A stretch of DNA of 64,000 nt from Nitrospinales bacterium (GCA_965223795.1 CBDCXL010000002.1:2016001-2080000), one strand, 5' to 3'. Shown: positions 18,257 to 29,073, counted from the stretch's first letter. Notes: generated from the sequence alone by a model not told the origin. Numbers and translations: made by a program.

Positions 18257-19435
18257 ATGGGAATCAGGAGGAAGTCAATACTGTGTCTGCTGTTCATGAG
18301 CTGGGTGCTGCCGGGGTCTGTGCTGGCGCAGATGTCGCAAAGCGAACTGAGGCTCACTGCCCTGGAGGAAAAACTAGAAGCGAGAGAGAAAAAATTCAAG
18401 TGGCTGGAAAATTTCAAACCCAAAGCGGATCTGCGCCTGCGGCACGAGAGCCTGTTTCGTGAAGGCGACAACACCGCCAGCGCGAGCCGGAAGTTCGACC
18501 GGCACCGGGAGCGGATCCGGTTCCGCATTGGCGGCAAATACCATTTCACCAAAAACATTCATGTGGGTTTTCGTCTCGTGACGGGTGGCACCGATCCGGT
18601 TTCCACCAACCAGACGCTCGACAACTCGTTTTCCACCAAAGGATTTCAGTTCGACCGCGGCTACGCCGCCGGCAAATTCGGATTCGGCGCCATCGATCTG
18701 AAACTGACGGGAGGAAAGTTCGCCAATCCGTTCCTGTGGTCGGAAATGTTGTGGGACAGCGACCTCAGCTTTGAAGGCGCGTCGGAACAGGTTTCCACCC
18801 AATTCGGCGACACCAAGCTCAGCCTCATTCTCGGCCAGTTTGTGATCGAGGAAAACGGCGGCACCAACGACGATCCCAACCTGATGGCGTACCAGGGTGT
18901 GATCGAACAGAAATTCGGCATGGGCAAGGCCAAGATCGGCATCGGGTATTTCGACTACAACGCGCTTGCCGGCAACGTGTCGACCCAGGTGACAAAAGGC
19001 AACACGCTGGATGCGGCGGGGAATTTTGTGACGAATTATGATATTTTCAACATCATTGGAGAAGTTGGCCTTAAAACGGCCATTCCTGTTAAAATCTTCG
19101 CGGAGTACGCCACCAACACTGCCGGCCGGGCGGACGATCTTGAAAACGACGCCTGGCAGATCGGCGCTAAAGTCGGCCACAAAATCAAAAAATTCGGGGA
19201 CTGGCAGTTCAAGTACCTTTACCGGGAAACTGAACGCGACGCGGTGCTGGATGCGTTCAACGATTCCGATTTCCACGAAGGCGGCACCAACTCCAAGGGC
19301 AGCGAGCTTGGGTTGAAGGTGGGCCTGTACAAGGGAATCCTGGCGAACGTATCCTACTTCATCACCGAAGAGATCACCGGCGGCAAGGACGACCTCGACC
19401 GCTTGCAGGTCGATCTTGTCTTCAAGCTGTTTTAA
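18257..19435 (+). CDS. Putative outer-membrane porin (Porin_5-like)
   Basis: Signal peptide, DLRLRHE, DPVSTNQTL, WDSDLSFEG, DSDFHEGGTNSKG, terminal Phe. Confidence 0.8.
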   Translation: MGIRRKSILCLLFMSWVLPGSVLAQMSQSELRLTALEEKLEAREKKFKWLENFKPKADLRLRHESLFREGDNTASASRKFDRHRERIRFRIGGKYHFTKNIHVGFRLVTGGTDPVSTNQTLDNSFSTKGFQFDRGYAAGKFGFGAIDLKLTGGKFANPFLWSEMLWDSDLSFEGASEQVSTQFGDTKLSLILGQFVIEENGGTNDDPNLMAYQGVIEQKFGMGKAKIGIGYFDYNALAGNVSTQVTKGNTLDAAGNFVTNYDIFNIIGEVGLKTAIPVKIFAEYATNTAGRADDLENDAWQIGAKVGHKIKKFGDWQFKYLYRETERDAVLDAFNDSDFHEGGTNSKGSELGLKVGLYKGILANVSYFITEEITGGKDDLDRLQVDLVFKLF

Positions 19436-19448
19436 TCATTCTGTCTCT

Positions 19449-19514
19449 CAATCTGTTCCTCGCAAGAGGGACGATTGCCCTGGCCCGGAGGCGTTGTTCA
19501 CGCGGCGCCTCCGG
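19449..19514 (+). terminator. Two tandem hairpins after the porin (terminator or mRNA-stabilising element)
   Basis: caatctgttcctc-GCAA-gagggacgattg and ccggaggcg...cgcctccgg; no strong U-tract. Confidence 0.4.
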
Positions 19515-19561
19515 CTCCTCCTCTCGAAGCGGAACTGCCGATCCAAAGTCGATATTGAAAA

Positions 19562-19605
19562 TTAAATTCGGGACTCATCAATCCCTAACACGATTGAAGT
19601 AAAAA
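19562..19605 (+). promoter_or_regulatory. Pho-box-like 11-bp-phased repeats upstream of pstS
   Basis: ttaaat (19562), actcat (19573), cctaac (19584), then TAAAAA (19600). Confidence 0.55.
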
Positions 19606-19639
19606 AAATGAAAAACCGAAACCTATTCAGGAGTCTCCC

Positions 19640-20638
19640 ATGAAACTCAAACAATTCACCAAGACCTTTGCGGGCGCTTCTCTGCTGTTGGTCTTCACGG
19701 CTAGCCAGGCAGGCGCCGACGCGATCAAGGTCGATCCGAACCTGACGCCTTACGGCAAGACCGGCGGCATCAGCGGCAACCTGTCCAGCGTGGGGTCCGA
19801 CACGCTCAACAACCTCATGACCTTCTGGACGGAAAAATTCAAGGAGTTCTACCCGAACGTCAACATCCAGGTGGAAGGCAAGGGTTCTTCCACCGCTCCG
19901 CCGGCGCTGATCTCCGCAACGGCACAGCTGGGCCCCATGTCCCGTGCGATGAAGGGCAAGGAGATGGACGCGTTCGAGAAAAAATTCGGCTACAAGCCGA
20001 CTCCGGTCCGCGTCGCCATCGATGCGCTGGCGGTGTTCGTCAACAAGGACAATCCGATCAAGGGCATGAGCCTCGCGCAGGTGGACGCGCTGTTTTCCAA
20101 ATCCGGCCGCCGCGGTCACAAGCCCATCGAAACCTGGGGCGACCTGGGGATGACGGGCGACTGGGCCAAACGGCCTGTCAGCCTGTACGGCCGCAACTCC
20201 GCTTCCGGCACGTACGGCTTTTTCAAGAAACTGGTTCTTAAAAAAGGCGACTACAAGGACGATGTGAAGGAGCAGCCCGGTTCGGCCTCGGTGGTGCAGA
20301 GCATCAGCGTCGACCGCTTTGCGGCGGGTTACAGCGGCATCGGTTACCGGACCGCCAGTGTGCGGGCGCTGCCGCTGTCTGAAAAGGGCACAAAATATGT
20401 CGAAGCGAACGCGGAGAACGCCCTGACCGGTGATTATCCGCTGGCGCGCTTCCTCTACATCTATGTCAACAAAGCTCCGGGCAAACCGCTCGATCCGTTG
20501 ACCCAGGAGTTTCTCAAAATGATTCTTTCCAAGGAAGGGCAGGAAGTGGTCGTCAAAGGCGGTTATTTCCCGATCGCAAATCAGATCGCCCAGGAAGACA
20601 TCGCCATGCTCACCGGCGGTTCCAAGATGACCAACTGA
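19640..20638 (+). CDS. pstS: Phosphate ABC transporter substrate-binding protein
   Basis: [39 protein letters not shown]. Confidence 0.95.
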   Translation: MKLKQFTKTFAGASLLLVFTASQAGADAIKVDPNLTPYGKTGGISGNLSSVGSDTLNNLMTFWTEKFKEFYPNVNIQVEGKGSSTAPPALISATAQLGPMSRAMKGKEMDAFEKKFGYKPTPVRVAIDALAVFVNKDNPIKGMSLAQVDALFSKSGRRGHKPIETWGDLGMTGDWAKRPVSLYGRNSASGTYGFFKKLVLKKGDYKDDVKEQPGSASVVQSISVDRFAAGYSGIGYRTASVRALPLSEKGTKYVEANAENALTGDYPLARFLYIYVNKAPGKPLDPLTQEFLKMILSKEGQEVVVKGGYFPIANQIAQEDIAMLTGGSKMTN

Positions 20639-20641
20639 TCC

Positions 20642-22909
20642 ATGTCTTCTGAATCCCCGACAACCTCAAGCTCCGATTCGCCGCAATCCGCGGCGGGTCG
20701 GGGGCTGTTTGCCGACAATCTCAAGCGCCGTCTCCTTATTGACCGCCTTGCGGCAAAGAGTGTGACGCTCGGCGGCTGGATCATCATCGCCTGCATTCTC
20801 GCTATTCTGCTCGTCATCGTCATCGAGTTTTTTCCGCTGTTTAAAAGTCCCTCCTCTTCTCTGGAAAAAACGATCGCCACCGGTGAGGATGCGCCTGCGC
20901 TCGCCGTGGGGATGGATGAGTACGTGGAGGTGGCGTACCGGGTGGATGCCTCGGGGATCCATTTCTATTCTCTCAAGACGGGAGAACCGTTTGAAGATTT
21001 CAAGCTGGAGGGTTTGGGCACGGCCCAGGTGACGGCGGTTTCCCAGGGGGCGGAGGGAAGCCTGGTGCTCGGGCTTTCGGACGGGCGCATTCTTCCGGTC
21101 GATGTGCAGTTCGAGAGCCGGTTTGAAAATGATGTGCGCACGATCGTGCCTTCGCTCAAGGAGAAGGAACCGGTGCGGGTGCGTGAGGATGAAAAACCGG
21201 TGACGCGGCTGACGCATTCTGATGGAGAAGAAGGCAATTTCATCGCCGCCGTCTCCGGTCCGGCGAGTGTGGTGTTTCTGGAAGTGATCGAGAAAACGAA
21301 CCTGATGGGCGTGACAAAACGGAAAATGCACACCCATTCGATCGATTTTCCGGTGAAAGGAAACATTTCCGCGCTGATCATCGACGCCATCGAGAGCGCC
21401 CTGATCGTCGGCACCAGTTCCGGTCAGATACTCAGAGCGTCCACCGCGGATCTGGATTCGGAAACGAAGGTCGAGGTGGCAGGTGCGACCCGCAGCTCCG
21501 GCGTGGGTGTGACGCGGTTCGATTTTCTGCTCGGCGGCTACACGCTGGTCATGGGAGATTCCGAGGGCGGCGTCACGTCTTATCAATGGCTGCGGCGCGA
21601 TGACGGGAAACGGGGACTGCGCAAGATTTATGATTTCACGCCGCACGAAGCCGCCACTGTCTTTTTTGAAAAATCTCAACGCACCAAGGGCTTTCTTTCC
21701 GGTTCCGCCGAAAGCATGAATGTGCATTATGGCACCACCGGAGAAACCCAGCTCAACCTGATGCCTCCGGAGGGCGTGGCGTTCCAGGCTTTTTCCATGT
21801 CCCCCAAAGCGGACGCCGTGCTGGCTTCGGATACGCAGGGCGATCTTCTGCTTTGGACGCTGGACAACCATTATCCGCAGATCACGCTGCGCTCCGTTTT
21901 TGGCAAAACGCAATACGAAGGTTACGAAGAGCCCACCTACGTCTGGCAGTCTACCGGCGGTTCGGACGCGTTCGAATCGAAATTCAGCCTGGTGCCTCTG
22001 GTTTTCGGCACTTTGAAGGGCACCTTCTACGCAATGCTGTTCGCGGTGCCGCTGGCGATCCTGGGGGCGTTTTACACGTCGCAGTTCATGCACACCCGGC
22101 TCAAAGGCATCGTCAAACCGACGATCGAGCTGATGGCGGCGCTCCCCAGCGTGGTGCTGGGATTTTTCGCGGCGCTGATCGTCGCACCCGAGGTCGAGCG
22201 CTGGCTTCCTGGAATCATCATGATGCCTTTCGTGATCATCATCATGGTGCTTGCGGCGCTTCTGGTCTATGAAGGCTGGGACAAGCTGTACGGAAAGATT
22301 CCTGCGGGAATGGAGATCTCTTTTCTGATTCCCCTGACCCTGGTTGCGGGATTGCTTTCGGTTTATTTCGGCAAGGTCGTGGAAGTGCAGTTCATGTTCG
22401 GGGATCACCGGACCTTCTGGAACGAAGTGTTCAACATCACCTACGATCAGCGCAACGCGCTTGTGGTCGGGCTGGCGATGGGGTTTGCGGTCATTCCGCT
22501 GATCTTCACGATCACCGAGGATTCGCTGTCCAACGTTCCGGAGCATTTGCGCGCTTCGTCTTTGGCGCTGGGGGCGACGCCGTGGCAGACGGCGATCCGG
22601 GTCATCCTGCCCACGGCGAGTCCGGGAATTTTCTCGGCGATCATGATCGGTTTCGGACGCGCGGTCGGAGAAACCATGATCGTTCTCATGGCCACGGGCA
22701 ACACGCCGGTGATGGAGTGGAGCATGTTCAACGGATTCCGCGCCCTCTCGGCCAACATCGCGGTGGAACTGCCGGAGGCGCCCGAAGGCGGGACGCTGTT
22801 TCGGCTGCTCTTTCTCGCCGCATTTTTGCTGTTCGTCATGACGTTTTTCATCAACACACTGGCAGAGGTGGTGCGCCTGCGTCTCAGAAAGAGGTACCGG
22901 GTTTTATGA
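20642..22909 (+). CDS. pstC: Phosphate ABC permease PstC, long form with periplasmic beta-rich domain
   Basis: KPTIELMAALPSVVLG, GRAVGETMIVLMATGN. Confidence 0.93.
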   Translation: MSSESPTTSSSDSPQSAAGRGLFADNLKRRLLIDRLAAKSVTLGGWIIIACILAILLVIVIEFFPLFKSPSSSLEKTIATGEDAPALAVGMDEYVEVAYRVDASGIHFYSLKTGEPFEDFKLEGLGTAQVTAVSQGAEGSLVLGLSDGRILPVDVQFESRFENDVRTIVPSLKEKEPVRVREDEKPVTRLTHSDGEEGNFIAAVSGPASVVFLEVIEKTNLMGVTKRKMHTHSIDFPVKGNISALIIDAIESALIVGTSSGQILRASTADLDSETKVEVAGATRSSGVGVTRFDFLLGGYTLVMGDSEGGVTSYQWLRRDDGKRGLRKIYDFTPHEAATVFFEKSQRTKGFLSGSAESMNVHYGTTGETQLNLMPPEGVAFQAFSMSPKADAVLASDTQGDLLLWTLDNHYPQITLRSVFGKTQYEGYEEPTYVWQSTGGSDAFESKFSLVPLVFGTLKGTFYAMLFAVPLAILGAFYTSQFMHTRLKGIVKPTIELMAALPSVVLGFFAALIVAPEVERWLPGIIMMPFVIIIMVLAALLVYEGWDKLYGKIPAGMEISFLIPLTLVAGLLSVYFGKVVEVQFMFGDHRTFWNEVFNITYDQRNALVVGLAMGFAVIPLIFTITEDSLSNVPEHLRASSLALGATPWQTAIRVILPTASPGIFSAIMIGFGRAVGETMIVLMATGNTPVMEWSMFNGFRALSANIAVELPEAPEGGTLFRLLFLAAFLLFVMTFFINTLAEVVRLRLRKRYRVL

Positions 22910-24534
22910 AGAGTCACTTGCAGGGAGTGTGGCGGCGGGGCGATTTTTTCATCTGGCTTTCAGGTGCGGGGCTCGCGCTTTCCCTCATCATGGTCGCGGC
23001 GCTGCTGCTTTCGATTTTCGTCAACGCGACGCAGTTTTTCTGGCCGGGCGAAACCGTCAGCGTGCTGATGGACGATGGCAGAAAGATTTTGGGGCAGGTG
23101 ATGGCGCGGGAATCGATCCCCAACCCGGACAATCCGGAAGCGCCCCTCAAGCACCGCATTCAGGTGAAAAAGGGCAACCGGGATGTGTACGGGTTCGATT
23201 TCGAGTGGCTGGACGAGGACAACATCCAGTCGATCGTGCTTTCCAAAAACGCGGTGATCGTGGAGCGGCGCGAGTGGGGCGAATTTTACGGCACCATCGT
23301 GGAAGTGAAAGACGAAGGCAAAACCGTCGCCACCGGGCACGATGCGGGTTTGAGGGCGGTGCAGGAGCTGTTGCCCGGAACCATCGAGACGTACGAAAAG
23401 ATCAAAAAGATCGAGCGCAAGGACATCGGCAAGATCAATCACTACATGGAGAAAAACCGGCTGGCTTTGAAAAGCCTGGCCGAGGATGGAGTGACCGAAG
23501 GGAAGAAAGTCAAAAAACTGAAAGAGAAAGAACAGGAACTGAACGCCGAGTACAATGCGCTGGAAAAAGACCTGACGCAACTGAGACAGAGCCAGTCCGC
23601 GCAAATGAGGATGGTCACTGAAGACGGGCGCGAAAAGACCATTCCCCTTGCTAAAGTCATCCGGGTGTATTCCCCCAACGATTTCGGCCTGTTCGACAAG
23701 ATCGGTTTTTTCCTCACCAAGGTCTGGGAATTCATCTTCGAGGAACCGCGCGAAGCCAATACGGAAGGCGGCGTGTTTCCGGCGATCTATGGAACCATCA
23801 TGATGGTTCTGATCATGAGCCTGCTGGCCACGCCGCTGGGTGTGATCGCGGCGTTCTATCTGCGTGAATACGCCCGTCAGGGCGCCATGGTGAGTGCGGT
23901 GCGGATCGCGGTCAACAACCTCGCGGGCGTGCCCTCCATCGTGTTCGGCGTGTTCGGAGTCGGCTTTTTCATCTACTTCATCGGTGGTTCCATCGATAAT
24001 TTTTTCTTTTCCGATTCCCTGCCGACGCCCACCTTCGGCACCGGCGGCATCCTGTGGGCCTCCCTGACGATGGCGCTGTTGACCGTTCCGGTCGTCATCG
24101 TCTCCACGGAAGAAGGTCTGGCATCGGTTCCGTCCGGTATCCGGGAAGCGTCCCTGGCGGTGGGCGCCACCAAGTTCGAGACCACCTGGCGGGTCGTGCT
24201 GCCTGCGGTGATGCCCTCCATCCTGACGGGACTCATCCTGGCGATGGCGCGGGCGGCGGGAGAGGTAGCCCCTTTGATGATCACGGGCGTGGTGAAACTG
24301 GCTCCGTCCCTGCCTGTGGACGGGATCTTTCCGTTCATCCACCTGGAACGCAAATTCATGCATCTGGGATTTCATATCTATGACGTGGGTTTTCAATCGC
24401 CGAACGTGGACGCGGCGAGGCCCATGGTGTTCACGACCACGCTGCTGCTGATCGTGATCGTATTGCTTCTGAACTTTTCCGCCATTTTGCTCAGGAATCG
24501 TTTGAGAAGAAAATTGTCCGTTTCAGGGGTATAA
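22906..24534 (+). CDS. pstA: Phosphate ABC permease PstA, long form
   Basis: [39 protein letters not shown] overlap with pstC. Confidence 0.93.
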   Translation: MKSHLQGVWRRGDFFIWLSGAGLALSLIMVAALLLSIFVNATQFFWPGETVSVLMDDGRKILGQVMARESIPNPDNPEAPLKHRIQVKKGNRDVYGFDFEWLDEDNIQSIVLSKNAVIVERREWGEFYGTIVEVKDEGKTVATGHDAGLRAVQELLPGTIETYEKIKKIERKDIGKINHYMEKNRLALKSLAEDGVTEGKKVKKLKEKEQELNAEYNALEKDLTQLRQSQSAQMRMVTEDGREKTIPLAKVIRVYSPNDFGLFDKIGFFLTKVWEFIFEEPREANTEGGVFPAIYGTIMMVLIMSLLATPLGVIAAFYLREYARQGAMVSAVRIAVNNLAGVPSIVFGVFGVGFFIYFIGGSIDNFFFSDSLPTPTFGTGGILWASLTMALLTVPVVIVSTEEGLASVPSGIREASLAVGATKFETTWRVVLPAVMPSILTGLILAMARAAGEVAPLMITGVVKLAPSLPVDGIFPFIHLERKFMHLGFHIYDVGFQSPNVDAARPMVFTTTLLLIVIVLLLNFSAILLRNRLRRKLSVSGV

Positions 24535-24548
24535 TAGGGAGACGCTCA

Positions 24549-25421
24549 ATGGCGGAAATCAAACTGAAAACCCAGATGACCGAAAGCAATCAAAATCCAG
24601 CTGAACTGGCTTCACCGCTGCAAATGGAGCAGACCGCAAAACCCGCTTCGACCCCCTCGGACCTGGACAACCCGATCGTGGAAATCGACAATGTGAATTT
24701 CTTCTATGGGGAAAAGCAGGCCCTGAAGGAAATTTCCATGGTCATTCCGAAGAACCGGGTCACCGCCTACATCGGTCCGTCCGGCTGCGGCAAATCCACG
24801 CTGTTGCGCTGCATCAACCGGATGAACGACCTGGTGGAAGGCGCCCGCATGGAGGGCGTCATCCGCATCAACGGGGTGGATCTCAACAGCATGGGGCAGG
24901 ATGTGAGCGTGCTGCGCAAGCGGGTGGGCATGGTGTTTCAGAAATTCAATCCGTTTCCCAAGACCATCTATGAAAACGTCGCCTACGGTCCCAAGGTGCA
25001 CGGTCTCAAGGACAAGAACAAACTGGATGCAATCGTCGAGCAGAGCCTGAAATCCACGGCGCTGTGGGATGAAGTGAAAGACCGGCTGCACGAAAGCGCC
25101 CTGGCCCTTTCCGGCGGGCAGCAGCAGCGGCTCTGCATCGCGCGCGCGATCGCGGTGGAACCGGAAGTCCTGCTGATGGACGAGCCCTGTTCCGCCCTCG
25201 ATCCACTGGCAACCGGACGGATTGAGGAACTGATGGTCACGCTCAAGGAAAAATACACGATCGTCATCGTCACCCACAACATGCAGCAGGCGGCGCGCAT
25301 CGCCGATTACACCGGATTTTTGCTGCTTGGGGAGCTGATGGAGTTCGGCCCCACCGACCGGTTGTTCACCAAGCCCGACAAAAAGGAAACCGAGGATTAC
25401 ATCACCGGTCGATTCGGTTGA
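24549..25421 (+). CDS. pstB: Phosphate ABC ATPase
   Basis: [32 protein letters not shown]. Confidence 0.97.
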   Translation: MAEIKLKTQMTESNQNPAELASPLQMEQTAKPASTPSDLDNPIVEIDNVNFFYGEKQALKEISMVIPKNRVTAYIGPSGCGKSTLLRCINRMNDLVEGARMEGVIRINGVDLNSMGQDVSVLRKRVGMVFQKFNPFPKTIYENVAYGPKVHGLKDKNKLDAIVEQSLKSTALWDEVKDRLHESALALSGGQQQRLCIARAIAVEPEVLLMDEPCSALDPLATGRIEELMVTLKEKYTIVIVTHNMQQAARIADYTGFLLLGELMEFGPTDRLFTKPDKKETEDYITGRFG

Positions 25422-25434
25422 TCAGGAGAACACG

Positions 25435-26136
25435 ATGGCGCGACATCCCAGGCATCTGGAACGAGAAATCGAAAAGCTGAAAGCCAAGATCGTCTCTTTG
25501 GGAACGCTGGTGGAAGAGAGCGTGCAAAAAGCGGTCCTGTCCCTGACAACGCGAAATTCGTCGGTGGCGCTCAAGGTCATCGACGGCGACAACGACATCG
25601 ACCACATCGAGGTGGATGTCGAGGAAGAGTGTCTGAAGATCCTGGCCCTGCACCAGCCGGTGGCCAACGACCTGCGCCTGATCATCGCGATTCTCAAGAT
25701 CAACAACGACCTGGAACGGATCGGCGACCTGGCGGTGAACATCGCCGAGCGGGCGGTCTATCTCGCCACCCAGGATTCCGTGGACCTGCCATTTGATTTC
25801 AACAATATGGCGCAGAAAGCCCAGGCCATGCTGAAAGGCAGCCTGGATGCGCTGGTGCAGGCGGACACGCTGCTCGCGCGCAAGGTCTGCTCCTCGGACG
25901 ACGCGGTGGATTCGATGAACCGGGAAATGTACCGGCTGGTGGAAACGGCGATCCGCAACGATCCGAACAACATCAACAGCCTCATCCATCTGCTCTCCGC
26001 GTCGCGTTACCTGGAACGGGTGGCCGACCACGCCACCAACATTGCGGAAGACGTCATCTACCTGGTGGAAGGGGAGATCGTGCGGCACAATCCGACGCTG
26101 CCCAAAGATTCCGATTCCACTCCCTCAGCGAAATAA
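25435..26136 (+). CDS. phoU: Phosphate signalling protein PhoU
   Basis: QPVANDLR, DLERIGD, LERVADHATNIAE. Confidence 0.96.
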   Translation: MARHPRHLEREIEKLKAKIVSLGTLVEESVQKAVLSLTTRNSSVALKVIDGDNDIDHIEVDVEEECLKILALHQPVANDLRLIIAILKINNDLERIGDLAVNIAERAVYLATQDSVDLPFDFNNMAQKAQAMLKGSLDALVQADTLLARKVCSSDDAVDSMNREMYRLVETAIRNDPNNINSLIHLLSASRYLERVADHATNIAEDVIYLVEGEIVRHNPTLPKDSDSTPSAK

Positions 26137-26270
26137 ATCCGCCATCCGGCGTTCGCGTTTTCACACCGTCCCGGTTTTTTGATAGAATGCAGCCGTAATA
26201 GTTGCCAGCCGTTGTCCAGCCACGAACGATTTCCATTCCATTTCAATTTTTTCCAGAGGAGGGGAAGGCC

Positions 26271-26639
26271 ATGATGAAGTCCGTTTTCCGGTCCGCGGTG
26301 TGCGTTGTCGCTCTGTTTCTTTTATTTTCCGGAAACGCGGGCGCTTTGGAAAGGCTCCTGGTTACGGATTCTGAGGTCCTTCAGTCACGGTGGACGAATC
26401 CGTTGTATGAACTGGCGCAAAACGGCGGCGAAAGGAAGGCCTGCCACCAGGAATCCTCGCTGGAACGGTGCGCCGCCTGCTGCCGCGCCGCGCAGGATGC
26501 CTGCGTCGAGCTGGTGATTCCGATGTGCCATCAGGACGAGCCCAGCCGCGCGGAGTTTCGGCATTGCACCAAGGACCGCGAACGGCGTTGCCAGACCGAT
26601 TTCGACAACTGCGCCTGGCTGTGCCGCAGGGTGAAGTGA
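26271..26639 (+). CDS. Small exported Cys-rich hypothetical protein
   Basis: GAGGAGG ribosome-binding site, signal peptide, 10 Cys in the C-terminal ~65 aa. Confidence 0.75.
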   Translation: MMKSVFRSAVCVVALFLLFSGNAGALERLLVTDSEVLQSRWTNPLYELAQNGGERKACHQESSLERCAACCRAAQDACVELVIPMCHQDEPSRAEFRHCTKDRERRCQTDFDNCAWLCRRVK

Positions 26640-26642
26640 CGT

Positions 26643-27269
26643 TCACCGTTCGTCGCGCACGGCCCGCACGCCTCCCTTGGCGCACAAGGAGAAGCGGCGT
26701 ACGTGCACCATCCCCTTGACGAAATAAAAAGTGCGGGCGCAGCAGTCGGTCAGCTCCGTTTCCTTAAAATCCGAAGACCAGTACCAGTACGCGGCGCCGT
26801 CGGCGAATTTTTCGTCCAGCCCCAGCGGTTCATTCGGGTCGTGGTCCATGCTGATGACGTTCTCCTTGGTGTCGTCGTAAATGCCGGCGAGTTCTTTTAA
26901 CGTCGGCAGTCTCCAGTCGTTGTGTCCTCCCACATTCAAAGTCCGCACGTATTCATTGGACTGGTGCCAGTTGAGGCACCGCTGCAGATCCGAATAGCTG
27001 TCCTTTTGTGCCCACATCAGGCCCGAATCGGGATCGCTGATGGTGCCGTCGCCGTTGTCGATGAGATGCAGCCTGGATTCGGGCGGCGGCGGAGGCACAT
27101 AAGGGGGCGCTTCGTAGCCGGGTTTGGGGCCGATGTGCTCCAGTTGCGCATGCGCCGGTTGCGCGTTGAGGAGCGGGAAGCCAAGCGCCATTGCCAGCGC
27201 GATGGCGGTGCGCACGCAGTGCGGGAAAAAAATGTTTTTCATGCTGAAACCTGCTTTTTTAGAGTTCAT
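26643..27269 (-). CDS. DUF1566/Lcl C-terminal-domain exported protein
   Basis: DNGDGTISDPDSGLMW, GGHNDWRLPTLKEL, YWSS, VRAVR. Confidence 0.88.
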   Translation of the reverse strand: MNSKKAGFSMKNIFFPHCVRTAIALAMALGFPLLNAQPAHAQLEHIGPKPGYEAPPYVPPPPPESRLHLIDNGDGTISDPDSGLMWAQKDSYSDLQRCLNWHQSNEYVRTLNVGGHNDWRLPTLKELAGIYDDTKENVISMDHDPNEPLGLDEKFADGAAYWYWSSDFKETELTDCCARTFYFVKGMVHVRRFSLCAKGGVRAVRDER

Positions 27270-28183
27270 GCGTATAAATGCGCGACCTCGGCGGCGTAGC
27301 CGTTGAACGGTTGCGTGCGGATCAGCTCTTCTTTGCCGGGAACCCGCTCGAAGCCCTGCTCCCAGCGGGCGTACGGCACTTCCGGCCGCACATTGGCTTC
27401 GAAATCATATTCCAGAGGAGACACCGTCTGCCAGAACGTTTCCGGCTCCTCACGGGTGAACTCGATGCGGGCGATGGACTTGATGCTCTTGAACCCGTGC
27501 TTCCAGGGCACCACCAGCCGCAGCGGCGCGCCGTTCTGCTTCGGCAGCGCTTTCCCGTACACGCCGGTGGCGATGAAGCTCAAAGGGTGCCCCGCTTCAT
27601 CCAGGCGCAGCCCTTCGGTGTAGGGCCAGGGCTCCCAGAACCGGCGCTTCTGCCCCGCGGCGATGTTGGGGTTCAAAAACGTGGTGAACTTGACGTAGCG
27701 CGCCGATGAGAGCGGCTCAAGCCGTTCGATCAGGCGGCGCAGGGGAAACCCGGTCCACGGGATCACCAGCGCCCAGGCTTCGACGCAGCGCAGCCGGTAA
27801 ATCCGTTCTTCCAGGGCCATGCTTCGGATCAGCGCATGGGCGTCGATCACGCGGGGTTTTTTGACCCGGCCGGTGACTTCGATCTTCCATTCGCCGGTGT
27901 CGAGCGCCTCGGCGTGTTTCCAGATTTCGTCTTTCACGGTGCCGAATTCATAAAAGTTGTTGTAGCGCGTCACGATGGATTCGGGCGACACGTTCACGCT
28001 CTTTTTTTCCTGGCCTAAGAGCCTGGCGACGCCGGGCAGCGGCGGCGCAAGCAGAAGCAGCGCCGCGCCGAGGCCCGCCACCGACATCTGGCGCAGAAAC
28101 CGGCGGCGTTCGCGGTGGAGCGCTTCCGGTGTGACGGTGCGTTCCGGCAGTTCCCAGGCTTTTCGGATTCGTATTCCGCGCAT
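27266..28183 (-). CDS. msrP: Periplasmic molybdoenzyme methionine sulfoxide reductase catalytic subunit (YedY)
   Basis: Tat motif RRRFL, YNNFYEFGT, ERIYRLRCVEAW, QNGAPLRLVVPWKHGFKSIKSI. Confidence 0.92.
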   Translation of the reverse strand: MRGIRIRKAWELPERTVTPEALHRERRRFLRQMSVAGLGAALLLLAPPLPGVARLLGQEKKSVNVSPESIVTRYNNFYEFGTVKDEIWKHAEALDTGEWKIEVTGRVKKPRVIDAHALIRSMALEERIYRLRCVEAWALVIPWTGFPLRRLIERLEPLSSARYVKFTTFLNPNIAAGQKRRFWEPWPYTEGLRLDEAGHPLSFIATGVYGKALPKQNGAPLRLVVPWKHGFKSIKSIARIEFTREEPETFWQTVSPLEYDFEANVRPEVPYARWEQGFERVPGKEELIRTQPFNGYAAEVAHLYA

Positions 28184-28218
28184 GCGTTTCCCTCAGCGTA
28201 TCGTGCCACCCGCGGCGT

Positions 28219-28968
28219 TCATGGGGCGTCCCGGGCGCAGCGGAAGCCGACCGAATCGAGCTTCACCTCCGGCTTCAGCGCGAACCGCATCCCCGTGTGC
28301 ACGTAGTAGGCGGCGTTGTACCAGCTGCCGCCGCGCACGCTTTTGCGGAAACCGGACGGCGGCCCTTTGGGGTTCTTTTGCGGGCTGTCGGCGTAGTAGG
28401 CGGCGCCGAACCAGTCGTGCACCCACTCCCAGACGTTGCCGCTCTGATGGCCGATGCCGTAGCCGAACACGCCCAGTTCCCCGGCGGGCACCGCTCCCGC
28501 CTGGACCGTTCTGCCGAACCGGCCTTTCTGCGTATCGGGCCGCTCGCCGAACGCATAGTCCCAGCCTTTAGGACCGCGCGCGGCTTTTTCCCATTCCGCT
28601 TCGGTGGGAAGCCGTTTCCCCTGTGCTTCGCAATAAGCCGATGCTTCAAACCAGTTCACCCGCGTTGCCGGACAGCGGCCGCAGGCCGAATGCGGACTGG
28701 CGGTGTGATCCGGGTTCTGCGCGCGGTAGGCTTCGTTGGTGACTTCAAACCGGTCGATGAAAAACGCATCCAGATAAATTGTGTGCACCGGCGCTTCGAC
28801 TCCGGTTCCCGCATCCGTGCCCATGGAAAATTCTCCGGCGGCGATGCGCACTTCCGCCGTTTCCTCAGCGATCGCGGAAGCCGCGAAAAAAAGACAGACG
28901 ATTGCAATGAGCAGCCCTCCGGACACGGACAAGCGGTGGCTCTGGATTGGCGCGGAGCAGTCGTTCAT
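28219..28968 (-). CDS. FGE-sulfatase (SUMF1/EgtB/PvdO-like) domain exported protein
   Basis: FSMG, FEVTN, RLPTEAEWEKAARG, GNVWEW, RGGSW, GFRCA. Confidence 0.9.
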   Translation of the reverse strand: MNDCSAPIQSHRLSVSGGLLIAIVCLFFAASAIAEETAEVRIAAGEFSMGTDAGTGVEAPVHTIYLDAFFIDRFEVTNEAYRAQNPDHTASPHSACGRCPATRVNWFEASAYCEAQGKRLPTEAEWEKAARGPKGWDYAFGERPDTQKGRFGRTVQAGAVPAGELGVFGYGIGHQSGNVWEWVHDWFGAAYYADSPQKNPKGPPSGFRKSVRGGSWYNAAYYVHTGMRFALKPEVKLDSVGFRCARDAP

Positions 28969-29073
28969 GAAACGGGACCCGAAATTTACACTGATATTTC
29001 GATTATAGGGGGCGGCCGCGTGATTTTGAAGATGAAAATGGCGCTTCACCGGTACCGGGTTTCGGCGCCGGGT

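Noticed and set aside
20666..24396. Long antisense ORFs (626 aa and 478 aa here; similar ones at 47651, 49613 and 58598)
   Set aside because: Shadow frames of GC-rich coding genes with no recognisable motifs
20642..24534. Unusually long PstC (755 aa) and PstA as a novelty
   Set aside because: Long forms with extra periplasmic domains are already known in Pseudomonas/Vibrio-type pst operons
28219..28968. True formylglycine-generating enzyme
   Set aside because: Lacks the catalytic Cys pair after RGGS, and no sulfatase is nearby
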